64,000 bases of DNA from the human T2T-CHM13v2.0 reference genome, Homo sapiens, in the NCBI RefSeq assembly GCF_009914755.1, contig NC_060931.1. One strand, given 5' to 3'. Below, in pieces: positions 55,304 through 64,000 of the stretch (positions are counted from its first letter, which is position 1; each line of letters opens with the position of its first letter). The notes under the pieces are model-generated. The model was not told the DNA's origin, searched no databases, and saw only the letters and a list, made by a program, of their open reading frames with translations. The position numbers and the translations under genes are program-made.

Positions 55304-57409
55304 GTAGTCTCTGCAACAAGAGGCATCCTTGATTCTGGACTCACACAAAAACCAGTCTGGAGAAAACAAGGAACAAAAAAATTTTCTCTGCCTTGATCAT
55401 CAGCAAACATAAATTTTTATTACAGAGACGTTAAAGCAAAATATTATACTGTCCTTAATCCAGTGTATAGGCGCCTCGCTGGTGCCCACAGGAACTGCTG
55501 AATTAGAGCCAGTGAGTCTCTATCTTTAGATAATACAGCAGTCAATTTAAAATACATATATTGAGACAACTACAATGTTACTGAGGACATACTCAGAGCT
55601 AAGCTGGGTACTCTGAGGAATAGAACAAGAAGTCATTTTTTAATAAAAGGAAACACAGACTCTATGCTCTCTGGAGACTTACAGTTCTATTAAGGAGTTG
55701 AGATTTTCAAATGAATGACAAATGATAAATTTACAAAGGTAAACTCAGGGTTGGATTTGCCCAAGTCCCTTCCAATATCCATCACCTTCAAAAATCAGGA
55801 TGCAGTTTTTGTGACTATTTAATAGCAATCCAATAGGTTGAAACCTATTGATAAGTTCAAATGCCTTACCCGATCAATCTTTAATAATTTTCATTCCCCT
55901 CTTGGCTTCTCTCATTAGGGAGAAAGTCCAGCTTGCACCCAGTTTTTGGTTCTTTATTTCAGAAATCTTCCCCCACCCATCCATATCCAACCTGACCTCA
56001 CCATCTTGGCCCCCCTCACCACACAGGTCTCTTGAGAAATGAAAAATAGTCCCTCTTCACACACAAAACAAGCTGGTGCAGGTCTGGTTTCAATAAATCA
56101 GATTTTCTAAAATAATTTGAGCTCTTCAAGAAAACAAAATACAAACGGACCGTAAATGTGTTTTAACTATTAAAAGAGGTAGGCGGATGTTCATTCTCTT
56201 TATCTGAATGAAAAATTTCCCTTCCTGACATTGAGTCATGTTCACTTTTCCCAAGAGGGAATAAAATGTTCCCTGTAAAAGCACAACCTTTTCTTTCCCA
56301 TTGCTCTGGACGCATGCCAACATAACAGAAACAGCCAAATAAAGGGCTGTGATAAGCTCCTCAGGTACCAGGGGAATGTTATCAGAGGAAATCATCTTCC
56401 TCCCTGTGACAAGACGCATGGATCCTCAGCAAACTCACACAAAAAATGGGGCCCCCAAGGAGTAGAAATTCATCAAATACTCAGTGGGGAATTGTGCACA
56501 AAACAGCAATGGAAACCAGTGGGAATACAATTTTATTAACTCCAAAAAGTTGTACCAATTGGGTTCTTAGGAACAGTACCCAGATTGATGTTCTGGAGAC
56601 AAAGGACTTTTAGTGACAAATACGATAAAATGTGTGAGAAAGACTTTGTTTGCTTAAGATTCCAGTATTAAATTTGGGGTCTATAAAATACAGTGTTTAT
56701 ATTATCTGCTGGGCCACAGCAGGGAATCACATATAACAAGGATACAAACTTAATACATACTACAACTTAGATGTGCAAAATTTTATAAATACAACCTCTT
56801 TTATTTTGTTTATAACTAAATGGGTCTTTGCCACATGCTGAATGGCAGAAAAGAAAAATAAATACATATCCAATCTGGTTGATATGGTACAAGTCTCTCC
56901 AGGAAGGAACGCTCAGTCTCAGATTTTTCAATCTTTCAGTTCTTTGCTTTCACTCAAGATGGTCAAGGATGGGGAAAAGGGCCTTTGCTGGAGTTGCCAG
57001 CTAGAGGCATTCTCAGGTAGCTAGGTGTAGTGTATTTTGGTGCCTCTGGTCTCTGGGGCAATGTCTTTTGTCCTCCAACTGGTATGTATGGATACTGTGA
57101 TTCCAGGTCTGTTTTTTGACTTAAGAACTGCTCCCAGATTTCCAAATGGAAGTTTTCACACTATGACCTAGAAATGAATAGATATACATTCTGTCTTGGG
57201 TTTCCTAAGCCAGTCTCCTATAAAACAAAAATTTCATCCCAGGAACTCTTCCATCTAAGGGAACATATATGTTTTGAAAATAATTCATCCATTTCTTTGC
57301 TCCCATAAATACCTTTTGCCCAGGATTTATTCAAGAAAAAAGAAAGATTGCTACTTAATGTTTCTATTCCATTGGAGTGAGTGATTTATTCATTGGAGGT
57401 CTAAGTGAT

Positions 57410-57570
57410 GATCATAGAAAGAAACATAGAGTACTAGAACTGGAAGGAACTAATCTCTATTTTATAGGACTGAAGAAACCAAGGCCAGGTTAACTGAAAT
57501 GACTTAACTCAAGGCCACCTATTTAGTTATTGGCAGAGCTAGAATTTGAATCTGAGACCCCTGACTCTTA
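57410..57570 (-). mobile_element. MIR fragment
   Basis: ctattttataggactgaagaaaccaaggcc...aaatgacttaactcaaggccac...tggcagagctagaatttgaa. Confidence 0.7.
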
Positions 57571-58923
57571 ATTATACTACAAAAGTTTAAAAGGTAATTT
57601 TTAATTTATCTAAATTGTTACTGATTTCCCACAAACTAAATTGAAGTCTTTATTTTACTTAGCAGTAATTAAAATGTTAATGTGCATATTGTTATTCCCC
57701 TCTTTAGGTAACTAAATTGGGATATGACTGGCCTTTATTAATATTAATTAACTAAAAAGTCTTTAGCATTCATACAAATAGCTGTTTTAAAATCTAAACA
57801 GTTCTGAATCAGACTGTGAGAAACAGACACTGGTATTTTCTCCTGAGTCTTGGTATTATGTCTTTGGAATGCTTTATTCCAAGCAAGAGTTTTCAATGAT
57901 ACTAAATAAACTATTTTTACTCTTAGAAATTAGAGGAAAGAGAAAAAAATGCCCAAAGAAAGTATTTGGACCAATTGGTAATTGACTAATTCCAAAGAAC
58001 ATTTACACTTTATTTTATGCTTTCATATCGGTCCAAGAACAGAACTACCTATCTTCAACATTAAAATCCTCTTGAGAAACTCTCCAGCAGAGCTTGTCTC
58101 CAAGCCATGTCCATACAATTGGCTCTGTGTATAGTACATTTTTACCACTCACAATAGAAGGTATTGTTCTTTATAGCTAGTGAAATTAATTATTTGAGCA
58201 CCCCAGGATGTACAACATGAAAGAACAGCTATATAGATTTTCAGGGTAGTATATAATATGCCATGGTGAATTATTGACTCTAATGAGAACATCTTTAAAA
58301 GGCTGAACTCTCAAGGGTGCTGGCTGAAGGATTGGGAGGAGGGGCTCATACATCAAATCAATAATTAGGAAGACAGAAGGAAGAGAGACAGATTGGGCAA
58401 GAGATTTCTGAAAATTGAACACTTGTCATCTGTGTAGCTCCCTTGCTGATGATTCATTAAATGAAGATTAACTTCAGTAACTTATTGACCAACATGCCAA
58501 TAATTCCTGACCTCTATTGCTTGCAATGCATGAAATAGGCAGGTCTAGATACATTGCCAAAGGAGTTGACTAAGTGTGAGATGATTTAGAGAAATTCATG
58601 AGCATATTTACATAGTATGTTAGTTATGTGGGTTTCTCATTTATATTTACCAGTTGTAACTGAATGTGAACATTTACCATGTTGAATATTGTGTTACATT
58701 GATAGGAGATATAAAAGAAGCAAATAGCATTCTTAAAGGAGTTTATAGTTTATCTAGAGATGCTAAATATGCAAATATGTTGTTACACAAGATAATTTAC
58801 TCATGTTTCCAAAAAGACCACTGTGATTATTTACAACATGGAGTTATGTCCTTTACTTCATCTCTGGCTCTGACTCATGATCACATCTTACCTAAGTAAA
58901 CTTTCTTAAAAAACAGATTGTTT

Positions 58924-59202
58924 CGCCTGTAATCCCAGCACTTTGGGAGGCCGAGGCGGGCGGATCACGAGGTCAGGAGATCGAGACCATCCTGGCTAAC
59001 ACGGTGAAACCCCGTCTCTACTAAAAATACAAAAAATTAGCCGGGCGAGGTGGCGGGCGCCTGTAGTCCCAGCTACTCGGGAGGCTGAGGCAGAAGAATG
59101 GCGTGAACCCCAGGGGGCGGAGCCTGCAGTGAGCCGAGATTGCGCCACTGCACTCCAGCCTGGGCGACAGCGAGACTCTGTCTCAAAAAAAAAAAAAAAA
59201 AA
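58924..59202 (+). mobile_element. Young AluYe-type element, 5'-truncated by ~19 nt
   Basis: Diagnostics gggcgaggtgg, gaaccccagggggcggagcctgc, gacagcgagac; pure A tail; perfect 17-bp TSD aaaaaacagattgtttc. Confidence 0.92.
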
Positions 59203-60042
59203 AAAAAACAGATTGTTTCAGCTCTTGCCATACATTCTGGCAAAGGACAAAGAGTATAAGTTTCATGAAACATGACTAAAATAAGGAAAAGTGTAATTAT
59301 GGACTGCAATGAAATTGTCAGAAGTACTCCTGGTCTCCTGGGATCACTTATGTGTATTATATTAAAGGCTCTTCTGACTGCATGAGCCAAATGTGGTAGA
59401 ATAATGTTTCAGGACACCTCGCAAAGAGATCCATTCATTTAAGGTCCTGGAACATAGGAACTTATAATATTCAGCTCCTAATACTACGAGAGAAATAAAC
59501 CTATATATGTTTTGCACTACTCAGAAAACTTTTAAGGATAACTAGCATTTTCAAATCTTAGGGAAATAAGGAAGAAGATGTTATGAAGTCCTTCATTCTG
59601 CAGTTTTTACAGCAGTGCTGTGAGGGTTGGGGATGGGTCTCCAAATGTTCAGGACTTGCTGGTTTCCCTCCCACTGCAACCTCCCTTTCATCTGCCCATG
59701 AAGGAGCTTGGTTCAGCTCTACCCAGCCTACCCACAGCTCTCACTAAGGACAGGAAGCATATAAAGAATCCACTCCCATTAACACTTCCTCAGACGAGAT
59801 TAGCATCAGTATCAAGGTCTGTGTTGCTCCTAGGCCTGTGTTGCTTCTATCCATTGCCAAGGCTTCTAGAACCTGAGTTGTGCTTCCTTTGACCCACTTT
59901 CTAGTACCTTCATGACTGGGTCTTCTAGCCCAATCACTGAATCCCTGTTGTCCAGACTCTTGGTCTCTCACTGCTAATGTCCACCTTGACAACCCATTCA
60001 CTTATTCTGAGCTTAAGTTGCTATTGCAGATGAAGCCCAAAT

Positions 60043-60067
60043 ACACATTCACATACACACACAGATG

Positions 60068-60104
<37 letters not shown>
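60043..60104. repeat. (CA)n microsatellite
   Basis: ~16 uninterrupted CA units preceded by degenerate units. Confidence 0.95.
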
Positions 60105-60106
<2 letters not shown>

Positions 60107-60942
60107 CACGGTTTTCTCATTCTGGAATTTTATGAGAGAACAATGGTAACTGTGGCAACCCTTGTTATTTCCCTGTGAAGTTTTTTGAGAGATCGATGTT
60201 TTGTATTGTTTTTTCATCTAAGAAAACACTGGCCTCAAAAGGCAAAAGTCACCAGCAAGAGAAATGTTCCTAGAAGGCCCTAACATACTCTTTTTTATGA
60301 CAGTTAGCAAAATATCTTCTGTCACTTCTGGGGCTCTTATTCCCCCTCTGTGCAGCATTCATAGTGTTCAAGTATATTAAGCATTCGCATCATTTGTATG
60401 TGGCCCGGCCTCTGTTCTAATCCTATGTATTAGTACAGCTAACTGCAGCTCACTCGGTGCTGCTGTTTGCACAGCTGGACATGTCGGATAGAATGAGTTC
60501 ATCCCTTCAAAGATGAGCTTAAAGCCGCCATCTAGTAGTGTCTTTCTTTTTAACACCTACCACCAGTCCTCATTGTTCTCACAAGCACAGTGAGTTTTAA
60601 TGAAGTCATGTCTTTTAGTGTAACGCTGCAGGTGCACAAATGCTGATAAACCTCCTTAACTCGCTGTCAGATCAGCATGTTTATCTGCAAGCTGCAGAAT
60701 GTATTTAGTTATAAGATATGAAAAGGTCCTTCAGATTTGTTCTCTAGGCCCAAAAGCTAATGACTCACTGGTGAAGCGCTGTATCTCCCCAAAGGTTATA
60801 ATGACTAGTTGCTGATGGTCTGAAGAAATTCATGGTAGCATCTGGACTGCAAAGTATAGAAATTTCTTTTAAAAACATAAAAAGAGAAATAGTTTCTAAG
60901 GGCCCAGGAAATTTTACCAAATACGGAGTAAACAAAATTAAA

Positions 60943-61011
60943 TGTGTGTGTGTGCACACTTGTGTGTTTTTGTGTGTGTGTGTGTGGAGACACAGAGAGA
61001 GGGAGAGAGAA
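60943..61011. repeat. Degenerate (TG)n-(GA)n microsatellite
   Basis: Read directly. Confidence 0.8.
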
Positions 61012-61699
61012 ATGCCAACATGGTAACATGTAGCCAGCTTTCAGAACATTGCTAAAGGAATTCACTCTTAAAATCTTAATATGCAAATACCCTGAGGATG
61101 TTATTAGCATCTTAGTGTAAATTAAATTTAATCACATTGCTTTCTTCACAAGACTAAATGTCTGAGGGAATCAGAGTTTGACCTGGAAATTAGAAGGGAA
61201 ATGCATGAGGAGAAAATGGGTGGTCAAAGAGGAAAGAGCAGGATTTTCAAGTGCAGAATCCTCCCCAGTAAGACAGGGCTGAGAAGGAAGGTCCTTTTAA
61301 AGAGAGAATACCAAGCACTCAGAGAGCTCCAGGCTCCTAAGGAGGAGGAAAGAGGAAAACTAAGGATGTGGGAGAAAGGCTTAAGCTCTAAGTATCAACC
61401 CACAGGGCAAGAACAGGGAGAACTCAGGGGAGAGGAGACCCAGTTCTCAAGATAAGCAGGTTTGGTGGAAAGTGCCTTTAATTGATTGACAAATCACTTA
61501 ACCTCTAAGTATGTTGTCATCTGATACTGGTGCCTACCTGCCTATCTCACCTCATAGCTATTAGTGCAATGTAAGATCATGTCTTATGAGCAACTTACTG
61601 GAAAGCGTATTAAAACATAAAGCAAAAACAAAAACAAATATATATAAACCCCCATCGTAATGTGAATTACCATAATGATAACTTCTATTAAGCAGTTAG

Positions 61700-61950
61700 T
61701 AGTTATTGAACACTGACCACTTGCATTGTATACAGTAAACACAATTAAATCCCTTCACTTAAGTTTCTCTGAGTTCAGTGGAGAAGACAGGTGAGTAAAT
61801 AAATAACCAAAACACAGGATGCCAAATACATACTTAGCATAAAGTACCACAGGGGTAAGGAAGAAGAGAGACCTCCTCTGTCTGGGGAAATGAAGAAAGG
61901 CTTCTCCGAGGCAGAGATGGTTGAGCTGAGTCCTGCTTGCTGAGTTTGCC
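61700..61950 (-). mobile_element. L2 fragment
   Basis: ttattgaacactgacc...aaggcttctccgaggcagagatggttgagctgagtcctg. Confidence 0.6.
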
Positions 61951-62595
61951 AGAGGAGGCAATGGCAAGTCAGGAAGAGTAGCAGAGGCAGAGGCAGCCAG
62001 CATGTGCTGCCAGTCTATGCTGCTCGGCACTGCTTGGCCCAAAGAATAAAAAGCAAGGGAATGCCAAATCTCATCCCTAACTCCCCTGGCCTGATTCCAT
62101 GCTCACCAAGCCACCTTCTGATGATAATTTGGCTTCCCACTTACATTTGCCTGCAGGGAAAGCACATGCTGGACAAGAAACTGGAGTACCCAGTCCACTC
62201 AATGATTACATTTCTCATTGTAAATTAATAAATCAGCATTCTGGCTGATGCCATTTTTAAAGTTCAGACATGAAACTATCACTTATAAGGCAGATGCAAA
62301 GGAAATTAGGTGAAAATTCACCAGGAAATCAGCCTTCAGGCTGCCAAGGAGTACAATGACAGAACAGCTGTGCAAACACCACAGGTAACATCCGGAAATG
62401 GGCTCCTGACAAAGTCATATTACACAGCATGGCTCTCCCCACATGAAGTGCTCCCTCTCACATTTTTCTCCATTGTTAAATTCCCCTCAAATAGCCCAGC
62501 AAAAAGTCAGCATCAAATGTCAGTCATCCCAGACTCCTGGAAACCCAGGTCTGGAGAGAAGGAAATATCTATTTTACTGAATCCTTTACCCTTCC

Positions 62596-63723
62596 TGTTA
62601 TGGACTGAATTGTGTCCCCCCAAATTTGTGTGTGGAAGCCCTAATCTCCACTACCTCAGAATGTGACTGTATTTGGAGACAGTGTCTTTAAAAATGTAAT
62701 TAATATATCAAAGAGAGATCTGCACTTCCATGTTTATTGCAGCACTATTCGCAATAGCCAAGGTTGGAAGCAACCTAAGTGTCCATCAACAGATGAGTGG
62801 ATAAAGAAAATGTGGTACGTATATACAAAGGAATACTATTCATCCATAAAAACATGAGATCCTGTCATTAGCAACAACGTGGATGGAACTGGAGATCATT
62901 ATGTTAAGTGAAATAAGCCAGGCACAGAAAGACAAACTTCACATGTTCTCACTTATTTATTGGAGCAAAAATCAAAACAATTGAACTCATGGGGATAGAG
63001 AGTAGAAGGATGGTTACCACAGGCTGGGAAGGGTAGTCGGGGAGGAAAGTGGAGACGGTTAATGGGCACAAAAAAATGGTTAATAGTTAAAATAAATGAG
63101 GTCTAGTATTTGATAGCACAACAGAGTGACTACAGTCAACAATAATTTATGGTACATTTAAAAATAACTAAAAGAGTATAATTGTGTCATTTGCAACACA
63201 AAGAAAGGATGGATGCTTGAGGTGATGGATACGCCATTTTCCCTGATGTGATTATTACACATTGCATGAGATACCAAAATATCTCACATACCCCCAAAAT
63301 ATGTACACCTACTATGTACCCACAATTAAAATTAAAAAAAATTAAAGCCTGTAAGGTAAACATAGTACTCAATAAATATTTGTCGAATAATAAATATTGA
63401 ACCTAAAAAAACAACAAAAACAAAGAGAACAACATAATTAAGATTACAAGAGGTCATTAGTGTGGGCCTTAGTTGAACATAACTGGTGTCCCCGTGAGAA
63501 CAGATGGATTAGGACACAGACACACACAGAGGAAAGAAATGTGAGGGCACATTGAAAAGATGGCCATCTACCAGCCAAAGAGAGAGGCCTCAGACGAAAT
63601 CAACCTTGCCGACACCTTGATCTCAGACTTCTAGCCTCCAGGTCTGTGAGGAAATAAATTGCTGTTGTTTAAGCGCCCCCAGTCTGTGGTACTTTGTTAT
63701 GGCAGCCCTAGCAAATAAATACA
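62596..63723 (+). mobile_element. MLT1B MaLR solo LTR split by an L1MA insertion
   Basis: tgttatggactgaattgtgtcccc ... atggcagccctagcaaataaataca; perfect 5-bp TSD CTTCC (62591-62595, 63724-63728). Confidence 0.92.
62704..63346 (+). mobile_element. 5'-truncated L1MA2/L1MA3-like LINE-1 followed by a 3' transduced segment
   Basis: ORF2 end (KQPKCPSTDEWIKKMW) and L1MA 3'UTR ending tactatgtacccacaattaaa. Confidence 0.9.
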
Positions 63724-64000
63724 CTTCCATTGAGATTCTTTCCTCCAACCATTCCAAACAGAAGATGTCTACCTGGGACCTTTAACAACATGGAAAACTG
63801 TCTACCACTGTCATCAAGAATGCATTTTAGTCTATCATGCTTATCTCCACTCCAGTTACTCAGGTGGGTGGCTTTGGAGCCCTATATGTGATAAACGTTG
63901 TCTAATCTTGCTAAAGTAACCACAGCCATGGTGTCTGAGGCATAAGCGCTTGAAAGTATAATGCTTTTACAACCTGCACAAAGTCTTTGACACAGACAAG

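Larger units (their letters stand above)
53582..55318 (-). mobile_element. MLT1J-like MaLR LTR split near its terminus by LTR12C
   Basis: gagctccagccattacatccacactccaggcagc...gatattggaggtcaagtagtag | tctctgcaaca. Confidence 0.7.

Noticed and set aside
54164-55307. Cluster of overlapping 70-172 aa ORFs resembling a gene or a genic CpG-island promoter
   Set aside because: All lie within the GC-rich LTR12C, where stop codons are rare

Overview
This window is primate genomic DNA, most likely human or great ape (young AluY/AluYe, L1PA2/3, LTR12C). It is AT-rich, intergenic or deep-intronic, and I recognise no host protein-coding exon. A large share is a layered mosaic of transposable elements. 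The main ones are: a full-length ~6.04 kb L1PA3-like LINE (17160-23203; ORF1 and ORF2 disrupted, antisense ORF0 intact, 5'UTR of the ZNF93-escape type), a 2.5 kb L1PB, a near-complete HSMAR2 mariner, a BLACKJACK hAT transposase fossil split by two later insertions, a solo LTR12C with its enhancer array reduced to one unit, several MLT1/MLT2/LTR33 solo LTRs, seven Alu copies, many MITEs (two MER53, MADE1, MER2, MER47A, MER58A, MER45A, MER115, MER94), and old L1M/L2/MIR/CR1 fragments. Nearly all ORF-track entries are TE-derived or chance ORFs. I found no evidence for a wholly new multi-gene system. The best leads are: (1) an unidentified ~700 bp coding-like insert splitting an old L1 (41495-42203); (2) an ancient L1 3' transduction (63347-63427); (3) the intact ORF0; (4) an ancient twin-priming L1 inversion; (5) an internally duplicated MER53 double hairpin; (6) a foldback compound microsatellite; (7) a young, possibly polymorphic AluYe. 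Repeat family and subfamily names come from my recollection of consensus sequences, not from a database search. Boundaries of old elements are approximate.
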